From: Octopus bimaculoides
Lineage: Eukaryota
Direction: 5' to 3'
NCBI RefSeq assembly: GCF_001194135.2
Contig: NC_069001.1
Coordinates: 7,391,255 to 7,455,254 of the forward strand
Length of the DNA stretch: 64,000 nucleotides
The notes beneath the pieces are model-generated. The model did not search any database. It was not told where the DNA came from and saw only the letters and a list, made by a program, of their open reading frames with translations. Position numbers and translations under genes: made by a program. Below, in pieces: positions 1-11,656 of the stretch; within the stretch, counting starts at the first letter, position 1; every line of letters begins with the position of its first letter.

Positions 1-27
1 ATATATATATATATATAAAACCAGAAA

Positions 28-140
28 TGGCTCTGATGAAGTTGCTCAATTTTCATCAATTGATTGATGGACCAATTGAGTAAATTTATCAATAATGTAC
101 CTTTAATGACTACTGGAAACAGCTGTAAGCCAAATTTGGT
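28..140 (+). ncRNA. Type I hammerhead ribozyme motif (PLE-type) with extended stem I and enlarged domain II
   Basis: Stem I TGGCT(28-32)/AGCCA(128-132), extended past a 2x2 A/A loop by ACCAGA(20-25)/TTTGGT(135-140). Core CTGATGA(33-39) and GAAA(116-119). Palindromic stem III ACAGCTGT, GTA cleavage triplet (125-127). Domain II holds a long hairpin (TTGCTCAATT/AATTGAGTAA). The base before G12 is G rather than the usual pyrimidine. Confidence 0.55.
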
Positions 141-394
141 CCAATAAAGGAAAAATATGTAATGACCATTGTTTTGAACTCATTTCTTATATACATCACA
201 CTGTGTGGAAACCAGTTTGTCTGGAATCCATCCATGGATTTATGATATAGAACTGTGACGAACCATAACCTCGGACTCTACCACAAGATTACCTGGAGTT
301 CTTCACTAATCTAAGTAATATTGTTAGCCTGGTGCGCCAAAAGAGAGCTTATGAAGTATTTTACCCGAACTGATAATCCATCACTATTTATTCT

Positions 395-433
<39 letters not shown>

Positions 434-899
434 AATGCACACACAAATTATAACATGAAATAAGGAAAATATATTTGGTGTTGCTAACACTGTTTAAAGT
501 CTTTTTTTTTTNNNNNNNNNNAAAAATATCTATGAAAGGGAAATCAAAGTGTGATTGGATATTGAATACACAGTTCTGATTGCTATAGAATTGGTAATAT
601 ATGTGAATCATTTATCTTTTCCTTTTTTTTTTTTTTCTAATTATCAGTAGTTGGTAATTATAAGATTATAGGGAAAAATATGATTATGAAGATTAAAGTT
701 ATAAAGAGAAGCTCAGTTTATTTTAAAAACGAAAATTTTCTTTCTGAGACAAAACAAAATCTGAGATGAGACGAGATGCACTAAAATAGATTTAATTAAA
801 TATTACATCATTAAGCAAGGACAGACAAGATACAATATAATATTCTGGTGGAATTTTTTTCCTCACAGTTGCTTCTTAACCCCTTAACATTTGGATTAT

Positions 900-1173
900 T
901 AAAAAGCACCCGGTTCACATCGTAAAGTGATTGATATATGGAAGAGCATCCAGCTGTAAAAATCATGCCAAATCTAACCTCTCCTGTACTAGTGCCGCGT
1001 AAAAAGCACTGAGTCCACCCTGCAGAGTGGTTGGTGTTAGGAAGGGCATCCAGCTGTAAAAACCCTGCCAAAACAGACACATTAGCCTAGGGTAGATTTT
1101 CTACCTGGTCAGCTCCTGTGAACTGTTCTGTTCACGCATGCATGGAAGATGGATGTTAAACAATGATGATGAT
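900..1173 (+). mobile_element. Family C repeat (3' UTR of an RTE-clade LINE, 5'-truncated), (GAT)n tail
   Basis: gtaaaaagcac...gagtggttggtgttaggaagggcatccagctgtaaaa...catggaag..ggatgttaaacaatgatgatgat matches the other family C copies in the window. Confidence 0.8.
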
Positions 1174-1185
1174 TATTCTGTCTTG

Positions 1186-1305
1186 CTTGGAAACAGTTGA
1201 AGGTTGGCAACTGGAAAGGCATCCAGTCATAGGAAATATACCTCAACAAATTCCATCAACCCATGAAAGCATGGAAACATAAGTATTAAAACAATGATGA
1301 TGATG
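1186..1305 (+). mobile_element. Divergent family C-related 3' end
   Basis: ggttggcaactggaaaggcatcc...aacccatgaaagcatggaa...aaacaatgatgatgatg. Confidence 0.6.
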
Positions 1306-1720
1306 TGTGTGCATGTGAGTATATGTATATATATATATGTATGACTTTAAAATAAGCATGGTGAATTGTACATCTGCAAAGTTTGTTTATTACAGTCATA
1401 TATGCAGTATATTCTCTTATATTGTATATATGATTGTAATAAACAAGTTTTGTGGATGTATAATTCTCTGTTCTTATTTTAAAGTCTTAAACATTTGCTC
1501 TGTATACTTTTATAAAATCCAAAGAAGAAAACTCAGAATTTACCCATCAAAGGAAGGAATTCTGTGTAATTATTTACCTTAATTAAACAATTTCTTGTTT
1601 CATATCATTCAATTTGGTTAGCCAGATATTGGATCATGCTATAGTACTTCTAAGGTACCTGCCTGGATTTCATATCCCTATCCATTCACACAATATATAC
1701 GTATAGATATGTATGTATTA

Positions 1721-1793
1721 TATTACCTGACTGACCCAGAGATATAGAGAGAAGTTGTCAACTTACCTGCAAAGAGAAAAAAAGAAAAAAAAG
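1721..1793 (-). promoter_or_regulatory. Candidate recursive splice site (ratchet point) with 40-nt cryptic RS-exon
   Basis: Minus strand reads a pure pyrimidine tract (cttttttttctttttttctcttt), then GCAG|GTAAGT with the junction at 1767/1766. A second donor CAG|GTAATA lies 40 nt downstream (1727/1726). Confidence 0.45.
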
Positions 1794-2261
1794 ATTGAAT
1801 ATTTACAAATAGAAAGACATTTCTGTTTTTTGAGGGGGGAAAAAAGTGGGTAAGAAATATATACACAATAGAATGTAGGAAACGTAAAAGTATTTTTAGT
1901 ACCATATTTTCGAACATGCACGCCAAACTTTTCAGACCAAAATTTATAGGCAAAAAAAACAAAAACGGTAGGTTAACTTATTCATTAAGTTAACTTTCAA
2001 GGATCAAAAGTTCTGTGTGAAATGCAGCAGGATTTGGAAAGATAAGGACAATACTTCAATGTTTACGTGACATATTTACATTACATATTACAGTGACTTG
2101 TATGCCTGAAAATATGTAAACTCGTTAACATTCAGGTTACTTTATTAAATGTAATGCCTATTTTCTCAGTTTGTTTTAAATTAATCATACATTATCTCAT
2201 CAGTAATATCCTTTACATCAGGAACTGTAAAATTATATACATCAACAACCGTAATAGTATA

Positions 2262-2968
2262 CATTGGGTCATCCCATAAATAATGCGGTTTTTTTCAGTT
2301 GCATGAACTAAAATGTTCTTCCATCAGGATAATGCTCAGCCACATACAACAAGGATGACATTCAAAGGGCTGGAGCAGTTTGAATGGGAAACGATGCCCC
2401 ACCCACCATATGCACCAGACATTGCCTCATCTGATTATCATTTATTCTGTAGTCTTCAAAATCATTTGAATGGAAAAAATATGAATTTGGTAGACAAGGT
2501 CAGAACAGTATTGGAGGATGGGATAAACTACCTGCACCAACTTGTTATAAAAGCAGGTAGTAATGTTATCGTGTACTTATTCTTAGTGCAAGTTTTGAAG
2601 AGTGTAGCTTGATTTTTAACAGTTATTTTTCCAAAGCTATAATGGAAGTGACAAAGAAACATTATTCAGCACATTTTGCTTTATGATTTCAATAAAGGCA
2701 ACAATGGAAAGTGTGAGGAATATTAATGCGGTATGTGGGGATCGGACAATAAGCGTAAGCCAGTGTCAATGGTAGTTCCAGAAACTACAGCCTAGAAGAC
2801 AAGCCTTATCCTGGAAGGGCTGTAGAACTTGACAAGGATGTCCTGCAGACCCTGGTGGAATAAAATCCCATCGTAACTATTGAGAAACTAGCTGAGAAGC
2901 TTGGATTTGGTTATTCAACCATTCGTCGACACCTGCGTGCCATCAGAAAAGTCAGCAAATTGGGTCAA
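2262..2968 (+). mobile_element. Rearranged mariner transposon relic (TIR, catalytic C-terminal fragment, then 5' UTR and N-terminal HTH fragment)
   Basis: TA then TIR-like cattgggtcatcccataaataatgcggttttt. 2313-2520 encodes FFHQDNAQPHT...HPPYAPDIASSDYHLF..LQNHLNGK (DNARPH and YSPDLAPSD motifs). 2642-2968 encodes frameshifted MEVTK...TIEKLAEKLGFGYSTIRRHLRAIRKVSKLGQ, cut just before WVPHEL by a SINE. Confidence 0.85.
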
Positions 2969-3075
2969 CGGGGGCGTAAACACACCACCATTGGTTGTCA
3001 AGCGATGTTGGGGGGACAAACACAGACACACAAACATATATACACACATAAATATATATATATATATATATATAT
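2969..3075 (-). mobile_element. SINE family A fragment (3' half), ends at gap
   Basis: cgggggcgtaaacacaccaccattggttgtcaagcgatgttggggggacaaacacagacac matches the full-length family A copies. Confidence 0.85.
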
Positions 3076-3985
3076 NNNNNNNNNNNNNNNNNNNNNNNNN
3101 NNNNNNNNNNNNNNNNNNNNNNNNNNNNNNNNNNNNNNNNNNNNNNNNNNNNNNNNNNNNNNNNNNNNNNNNNNNNNNNNNNNNNNNNNNNNNNNNNNNN
3201 NNNNNNNNNNNNNNNNNNNNNNNNNNNNNNNNNNNNNNNNNNNNNNNNNNNNNNNNNNNNNNNNNNNNNNNNNNNNNNNNNNNNNNNNNNNNNNNNNNNN
3301 NNNNNNNNNNNNNNNNNNNNNNNNNNNNNNNNNNNNNNNNNNNNNNNNNNNNNNNNNNNNNNNNNNNNNNNNNNNNNNNNNNNNNNNNNNNNNNNNNNNN
3401 NNNNNNNNNNNNNNNNNNNNNNNNNNNNNNNNNNNNNNNNNNNNNNNNNNNNNNNNNNNNNNNNNNNNNNNNNNNNNNNNNNNNNNNNNNNNNNNNNNNN
3501 NNNNNNNNNNNNNNNNNNNNNNNNNNNNNNNNNNNNNNNNNNNNNNNNNNNNNNNNNNNNNNNNNNNNNNNNNNNNNNNNNNNNNNNNNNNNNNNNNNNN
3601 NNNNNNNNNNNNNNNNNNNNNNNNNNNNNNNNNNNNNNNNNNNNNNNNNNNNNNNNNNNNNNNNNNNNNNNNNNNNNNNNNNNNNNNNNNNNNNNNNNNN
3701 NNNNNNNNNNNNNNNNNNNNNNNNNNNNNNNNNNNNNNNNNNNNNNNNNNNNNNNNNNNNNNNNNNNNNNNNNNNNNNNNNNNNNNNNNNNNNNNNNNNN
3801 NNNNNNNNNNNNNNNNNNNNNNNNNNNNNNNNNNNNNNNNNNNNNNNNNNNNNNNNNNNNNNNNNNNNNNNNNNNTTATGATTATAAATGTTTTTTACCG
3901 AAAAGGTTTTTTCATACTGAGCTACCCGGCAAAATTGTTAATTATTAATTTTATTACTAATTGACGATTCCCTGCCCTGCATATC

Positions 3986-4020
<35 letters not shown>

Positions 4021-4027
4021 TCATATA

Positions 4028-4171
4028 TACGACGGGCTTCTTTCAGTTTCCATCTACCAAATCCACTCACAAGGCTTTGGTCGGCCCGACACTATAGTAG
4101 AAGACACTCGCCCAAGGTGCCACACAGTGTGGTTGGTAAGCAAGCTACTTACCACACAGCAACTCCTGCGC
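4028..4171 (-). mobile_element. SINE family A head fragment
   Basis: gacgggcttctttcagtttcc..ctaccaaatccactcacaaggctttggtcggcccga...gcaagctacttaccacacagc. Confidence 0.9.
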
Positions 4172-4191
4172 ATATATACATATATTTAATA

Positions 4192-4398
4192 CTTTTGTTA
4201 ATTTTTTATATATTTATTTTTTAATGCTTTCGTTAATTTTTTATATTATTTTTTAATACTTTTGTTAATTTTTTTATATATTTATTTTTTAATGCTTTTG
4301 TTAATTTTTTATATTTCTATTTTTTTAATACTTTTGCTAAATCTTATATATATATATATATATATATATTTCTTTTTTAATACTTTTGTTAATTTTTG
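4192..4398. repeat. AT-rich minisatellite, about 35-bp unit, 5-6 degenerate copies
   Basis: Repeated ttttgttaattttttatatatttattttttaatRct. Confidence 0.75.
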
Positions 4399-4899
4399 TA
4401 ACAATGGAGATTTCATTTCAGTCTGTTCTTTCTCCCAAATCTACAAGATAATTAAATCACCTCAATTCTTCCTTTATGCTTGATCAATCAACCCCCACCC
4501 AGTAACGAACGACTATTAAGAATGATCTATCATACTTTTTGACCCATTACAGTTCTTCCTCTGTCTCTTTCATTTTTTTCCTTTCTTTCTTTCTTCTAAG
4601 CCACTCCCTCCCATCCACCCAAACACTTTCAGGTTTTACAGTCACTAAATTCTACTCTGATGGAACCAGTAAATTCTTCCATTTCATGATTTNNNNNNNN
4701 NNNNNNNNNNNNNNNNNNNNNNNNNNNNNNNNNNNNNNNNNAATAATAATAATAATAATAATGATAATAATGAAACAAAAAAAAGAAATTGCTCTTCAAA
4801 GATATTTTAGATGAAAGAGGTTTTTCTCTCTAAGTACAGTAAATTAGGTTAAAATAGAATTGACTGGGGAAGAATTCTGCAATTGTAAAGTGAAATGAG

Positions 4900-5372
4900 A
4901 ATAAGCTGAGGGAGGGAGAATGGAAAGATAGAGAGATAGACAGACGGAGAAGGAGGAGAGAGAGAGAGAGATATATAGGTATACAGAGGGAGAGAGGTGA
5001 CAGAGACAGACAGAAAGGCGAGACAGGGAGGGAGGGGAGAGATGTGAGTGAGACAGACAGAAAAGGGGGAGAGAGATACAGTGAGAGGAGAGAGAGACAG
5101 AGAGGGAGGAGACAGAGATACACAATGAGAGGAAAGAGGAGAGAAAGACAGAGAGAGAGAGGGGGAAGAGAGGGAGAAGAGAGAGACAGAGACATAGATA
5201 TACAGAGGGAGAGAGGTGAGAGACAGACAGAGAGACAGGGAGGGAGGAGAAAGCGACAGACAGAAAAAGGAGAGAGAGAGAAAGAGATACACAGTGAGGG
5301 GAGAGAGAGAGATAAAGACATAGATATACAGAGGGAGAGAGAGAGAGACAGGCAGAAAGGAGAGAGACGGAA
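4900..5372. repeat. Degenerate (GA)/(GACA)-rich purine tract with internal direct repeats
   Basis: Recurring gatatagatatacagagggagagag and gagatacacagtgag blocks. Confidence 0.85.
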
Positions 5373-5675
5373 CAATTAGCTGTATGCTTTGTTGCAAATT
5401 AGTGACCAATGGTATTGCTGGCTGGAGTGGACCCAGGCAATCAATCCAGTGGCCAGGTGCTCACAACTGTGGAAGAGCCAAACAGCTCGAAACTGAGTTA
5501 GCCTCATGATCCTGTTGTCTGCTAGGGCATGGTAGGGGTTTGCTCCCCCAGCTAGCAATATGTAGGATTCAGTGCTGCACCAATTACCTCCTAGCAGAAG
5601 ATCTGCCTGGTGTTAAACTAATAGTCACAAGAAACAGCCACTTTGATGTGACGATTAACTTTACTTATATATATA

Positions 5676-5945
5676 TATCATCATCGTTTAACATCCGCTT
5701 TTCAAGCTAGCATGGGTTGGACGATTTGACTGAGGACTGGCAAGGCAAAAGGCTGCACTAGGCTCCAATCTGATCTGGCAGAGTTTCTACAGCTGGATGC
5801 CCTTCCTAACGCCAACCACTCCGAGAGTGTAGTGGGTGCTTTTACATGCCACCAGCACGAGGGCCAGTCGCACGGTACTGGCAACGGCCACACTCAAATT
5901 AGTGTTTTTTACATTCCACCTGCACAGGAGCCACTCGCTCAAATG
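5676..5945 (-). mobile_element. Family C repeat (RTE 3' UTR)
   Basis: catcatcgtttaacatccgcttttc..gctagcatgggttggacgatttgactgagg...ggatgcccttcctaacgccaaccactccgagagtgtagtgggtgc. Confidence 0.9.
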
Positions 5946-5999
5946 TTTTATATATATATATATATATATAAAAGAGATATAAGAAATATATAAGAGAAA

Positions 6000-6110
6000 T
6001 AAGGAAATAGAGATAAGTAATAATCATTTACTAATTAATTACAAAATTAAAGATGATGTCCAATTTTGTAATTAATTAATAAATAATTATTAATTATCTC
6101 TATTTTCTTA
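6000..6110. repeat. Imperfect AT-rich inverted repeat, about 50-bp arms, about 13-nt loop
   Basis: taaggaaatagagataagtaataatcatttactaattaattacaaaatt pairs with aattttgtaattaattaataaataattattaattatctctattttctta. Confidence 0.7.
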
Positions 6111-6603
6111 AATATATATAAACACTGGTTTATCCAATTACCTTACAGTTGAATATTAAATATAATATTTAATACTTACTGTAATAGGAAATAAACCAGT
6201 ATATTCATTGGATTCTATTACCCCTTAATGAGGTATTTAACCTTTAATTGAACTCATATATATATATACATATATATACACACACACATACACATATAAA
6301 TATAGAAGCAATTATGCGGATAAACAAATTAAATATTTAACAGCTTGGGTCTGATATATAAAATATGTATAAATGTATACATATATACATATTTTGTATA
6401 TCAAACTCAAGCTGTTATATTTAATTTGTTTATCCGCATAATTGCCTCCATGCCTGCTCACCTTGATTCCTCTTATAAACCACCCTTTACCTCATGGAAT
6501 TGGTCTCTTGTAAAGAAAGACATTGGAGTCTTAAGTTTGAATCATTTGAGCGTTAATAGGTGTTTTCTATTCTGAGAATCTCTGGATTTCATCTGTTGAC
6601 TAT

Positions 6604-6643
<40 letters not shown>

Positions 6644-7024
6644 GTAGTTACAATATATACATTCATATATACACATGTATGTATATATTGTATACACTAA
6701 CTTTTTCTATTTATGGTACGATGCACATGTCTTTTGGAAAATCGAAGTGGAGCATGAGATTAAATGGTTCAGAAACACTGATGCACCTGTTCCCCGCATT
6801 TTGTTAATTCAGTTTGACACAGTAACACAGTTCCAGAACAAATCTGAAGTTCAGTATGTCTGGAATACAAGACCAGTAGTAACTACCGGCAGACATTCCT
6901 TCCATCAGTTACATGCTTTGCAGATCAGCTGAAGCGCAGCTTGCCAGGTACGCACGTCATCATTGCTGTCGTCATCACTGACAATGACAGAACTGAAATA
7001 TACGAGCCAAAAATGGATCCTCTG

Positions 7025-7253
7025 TTTTACTGACCTTTACAGAGGGTGTCAAGTGGAATCCAGCAAGAATTGAACCCAGAACACAACGTGACATAACTGA
7101 AAACTACTAAAAACAACAACTGTTCTTTCTATTCTAAGTGCAAGGCCCAAAATTTCAAGGGACAGGGAAGGTCAATTACAATGACCCCAGTACTTTTACT
7201 GACCTTTACAGAGGGTGTCAAGTGGAATCCAGCAAGAATTGAACCCAGAACAC
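7025..7253 (-). repeat. SINE family B variant fragments forming a roughly 59-bp direct repeat (7025-7083 and 7194-7253)
   Basis: ttttactgacctttacagagggtgtcaagtggaatccagcaagaattgaacccagaacac occurs twice. Confidence 0.7.
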
Positions 7254-8014
7254 NNNNNNNNNNNNNNNNNNNNNNNNNNNNNNNNNNNNNNNNNNNNNNN
7301 NNNNNNNNNNNNNNNNNNNNNNNNNNNNNNNNNNNNNNNNNNNNNNNNNNNNNNNNNNNNNNNNNNNNNNNNNNNNNNNNNNNNNNNNNNNNNNNNNNNN
7401 NNNNNNNNNNNNNNNNNNNNNNNNNNNNNNNNNNNNNNNNNNNNNNNNNNNNNNNNNNNNNNNNNNNNNNNNNNNNNNNNNNNNNNNNNNNNNNNNNNNN
7501 NNNNNNNNNNNNNNNNNNNNNNNNNNNNNNNNNNNNNNNNNNNNNNNNNNNNNNNNNNNNNNNNNNNNNNNNNNNNNNNNNNNNNNNNNNNNNNNNNNNN
7601 NNNNNNNNNNNNNNNNNNNNNNNNNNNNNNNNNNNNNNNNNNNNNNNNNNNNNNNNNNNNNNNNNNNNNNNNNNNNNNNNNNNNNNNNNNNNNNNNNNNN
7701 NNNNNNNNNNNNNNNNNNNNNNNNNNNNNNNNNNNNNNNNNNNNNNNNNNNNNNNNNNNNNNNNNNNNNNNNNNNNNNNNNNNNNNNNNNNNNNNNNNNN
7801 NNNNNNNNNNNNNNNNNNNNNNNNNNNNNNNNNNNNNNNNNNNNNNNNNNNNNNNNNNNNNNNNNNNNNNNNNNNNNNNNNNNNNNNNNNNNNNNNNNNN
7901 NNNNNNNNNNNNNNNNNNNNNNNNNNNNNNNNNNNNNNNNNNNNNNNNNNNNNNNNNNNNNNNNNNNNNNNNNNNNNNNNNNNNNNNNNNNNNNNNNNNN
8001 NNNNNNNNNNNNNN

Positions 8015-8056
8015 TTTGCCCAGCATGCTAACGATTCTGCCAGCTTGCTGTCTTAC

Positions 8057-8112
<56 letters not shown>

Positions 8113-8554
8113 ATGGTTTCAAATTTTTCCACACGGGCAGTAATTTTGCAGGAGGGTACGAGTCGATTACATCGACCCCAGTGTTCAACTGGTACTTATT
8201 TCATCAACCCCAAAAGGATGAAAAGCAAAGTCAACCTCAGAGGAATTTGAACTCAGAACGTAGCAACAGGCGAAATACCGCTAAGCATTTCGTCCAGCAT
8301 GCTAATGATTCTGCCAGTTCGCCACCATAATAATAATTCCTTCTACTATAGGCACAAGGCCTGGATTTTTGTGGGGATTGGAAACAATCGATCACATCGA
8401 CCCCAGTACTTGACTGGTACTTAATTCATTGACTTAATTCATTGATGAAAGGCAAAAATCGACCCTGGTGGAATATGAACTCAGAACGAAGCAACAAGCA
8501 AAGTACCGCTAAGCATTTCGTCCAGCGTGCTAACGATTCTGCCAGCTTGCTGCC

Positions 8555-8557
<3 letters not shown>
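8015..8557 (-). mobile_element. Tandem run of SINE family B copies (8015-8056, 8114-8329, 8337-8557) separated by (TAG)n/(TAA)n
   Basis: Each has the tRNA-like head (revcomp of gaatttgaactcagaacg...gctaacgattctgccagct); the two complete copies also have the central atcgaccccagtac.../ggtacttaattt..cgacc..aaaggatgaaaggcaaagtcgacc domain. Confidence 0.88.
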
Positions 8558-8591
<34 letters not shown>

Positions 8592-9959
8592 TAATAATAA
8601 AAACAATAAAACAAGCCCAAAGCAAGGAAGGCACAGACCACAGTAAAAGGAAGACAGAAGCTGTCAGCTCAGATACTCCAAATTGAAACTAATGGGGAAC
8701 ATTATANNNNNNNNNNNNNNNNNNNNNNNNNNNNNNNNNNNNNNNNNNNNNNNNNNNNNNNNNNNNNNNNNNNNNNNNNNNNNNNNNNNNNNNNNNNNNN
8801 NNNNNNNNNNNNNNNNNNNNNNNNNNNNNNNNNNNNNNNNNNNNNNNNNNNNNNNNNNNNNNNNNNNNNNNNNNNNNNNNNNNNNNNNNNNNNNNNNNNN
8901 NNNNNNNNNNNNNNNNNNNNNNNNNNNNNNNNNNNNNNNNNNNNNNNNNNNNNNNNNNNNNNNNNNNNNNNNNNNNNNNNNNNNNNNNNNNNNNNNNNNN
9001 NNNNNNNNNNNNNNNNNNNNNNNNNNNNNNNNNNNNNNNNNNNNNNNNNNNNNNNNNNNNNNNNNNNNNNNNNNNNNNNNNNNNNNNNNNNNNNNNNNNN
9101 NNNNNNNNNNNNNNNNNNNNNNNNNNNNNNNNNNNNNNNNNNNNNNNNNNNNNNNNNNNNNNNNNNNNNNNNNNNNNNNNNNNNNNNNNNNNNNNNNNNN
9201 NNNNNNNNNNNNNNNNNNNNNNNNNNNNNNNNNNNNNNNNNNNNNNNNNNNNNNNNNNNNNNNNNNNNNNNNNNNNNNNNNNNNNNNNNNNNNNNNNNNN
9301 NNNNNNNNNNNNNNNNNNNNNNNNNNNNNNNNNNNNNNNNNNNNNNNNNNNNNNNNNNNNNNNNNNNNNNNNNNNNNNNNNNNNNNNNNNNNNNNNNNNN
9401 NNNNNNNNNNNNNNNNNNNNNNNNNNNNNNNNNNNNNNNNNNNNNNNNNNNNNNNNNNNNNNNNNNNNNNNNNNNNNNNNNNNNNNNNNNNNNNNNNNNN
9501 NNNNNNNNNNNNNNNNNNNNNNNNNNNNNNNNNNNNNNNNNNNNNNNNNNNNNNNNNNNNNNNNNNNNNNNNNNNNNNNNNNNNNNNNNNNNNNNNNNNN
9601 NNNNNNNNNNNNNNNNNNNNNNNNNNNNNNNNNNNNNNNNNNNNNNNNNNNNNNNNNNNNNNNNGGATGGGCGTGGGTGGATGCGCTGGTAGGTAGTGAT
9701 GGGGCAGTTCATTTGATAAGGAAACTAGGGGGTGGCGAGGAAGCTGGGGGTAGGATGAGAGTCGGGGTAGGGATCAGCAGGATGGAAGAAGTTCCACCAT
9801 GTCTTCTGACTGTCTGTCTCAAGAGTGAAGAAGACCCCAGCAGGAGATACCCCAAGATAAAATACCCCAACACCCAAGAAAGGCCCACCCAATGAGGTAA
9901 TGATGGTTGGTTTACTTTCAACTGAGGTTTCCTTTCTGCTCTGATTTCTCTATCTCACT

Positions 9960-10012
9960 CTCTATATATCTATCTATCTATCTATCTATCTATCTCTCTA
10001 TCTATCTCTATA

Positions 10013-10064
<52 letters not shown>

Positions 10065-10298
10065 CCTCTATCTATCTATCTATTCCTCTATCCGTGAATC
10101 TATCTATTTATCCAGTTAACCATCTATCTATCCATCTATATCTATCTTTCTCTAACATCTATCACTATCTATCTCTATCTATCTATCTATCTAACTATCT
10201 ATCTATCTACCTATCTATCTATCTATCCTTCTATCTATCTATCTATTTATCCATCTACCTATCTATCCATCTACCTATCTATTTATCCAGCTACCTAC

Positions 10299-10344
<46 letters not shown>

Positions 10345-10449
10345 GTCTGTCTGTCTGTCTATCTGTCTGTTTGTCTGTCTATCCCCCCTCTCTCTCTCTC
10401 TCTGCATCTCTTCAATCTCACATTTACAGCACCCCTCACCCAGACACAG

Positions 10450-10513
<64 letters not shown>

Positions 10514-10585
10514 CAAGCTGTTTCTCTCTCTCTTACAAATGCCCTCTCTGTCTATCTCTCTCGCAGTCAATTCTCTCTGTCACAC

Positions 10586-10630
<45 letters not shown>
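9960..10630. repeat. (CTAT)n, (CT)n and (CA)n compound microsatellite
   Basis: Direct inspection. Confidence 0.95.
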
Positions 10631-10633
<3 letters not shown>

Positions 10634-11656
10634 ATCGTTTTCCCTCTCTCCCAGATATGATTCTTCAGTGAAATATTTAGCAAACACAGAAGTATCATCA
10701 AAAAATAAATTTAAAAAAAAAACCAAAACCAAAAGATACTCTGCCATGTTATGTTACACCTTGGCACCAGAATGCCACAGAGAATATATCTTTGGTGACG
10801 TATGGATCTTAGTGCCTCCCTCTGATAGGACATTTATAGAACTGCCACACTCCAGCACCACGTCTACAATATCACGACACCCCCTACTTCTCACAGCATC
10901 ACACCATCACAACAACACTAGGGTACTTGATAAGAGGCATGAACATCACTCATTCTCATACATGAAACTGCCACAGTCCAATGATTGAAACGTGTTTATA
11001 TGGTAGTGCAACTTTTTTTGGTGTGATCAAAACAACCAATTGGTGTTGTTTATTATGAGATTAGTCAAACTAAGTGTATGTACTCCACTTTTACAAAGCA
11101 TTTAACATTCTTCACTTCATACTTGAAACAACATTATCAGCTTTAGTGTACAGTTACACTCATCACAAACTATAATCCAGAAGAAAACAAGAAGGTGTGG
11201 TGTTCATTCATTTATCAGACATGATTTATAAACTTGCACTCAGGTAAGAAGTCAATAAAATAATACTTCATGGGAAGAGAAATGTTTTTACAACCATCTT
11301 AACACCCAGCACCTCCTAACATTGCTAATAAGATAATTGTGGTGGAAGGAGGTACTGGTGTTTGTATCACACATCTACCGAATTTTAACATCACTATTAA
11401 AACACTATCGGTAGGCTGTATTTTCATATCTACCTCCATCAACACAAATTAGAGACACACTATGAGTCTCTTTGATAGTGGTGATGGTGTTGGGGGAATT
11501 CTTGTAACCACTCCTACCAAGCCAAATTAGGCAGGTCTTGTACACTGACAAAATAGTTGATACTAAGTGATAACAATGACTTTTTTATGTCAAGTTTGTT
11601 AGGCTGTTTTATATCTTCAGAAGAGTATGTTTGTATGGGGGCAGGGTTGATGCCTG

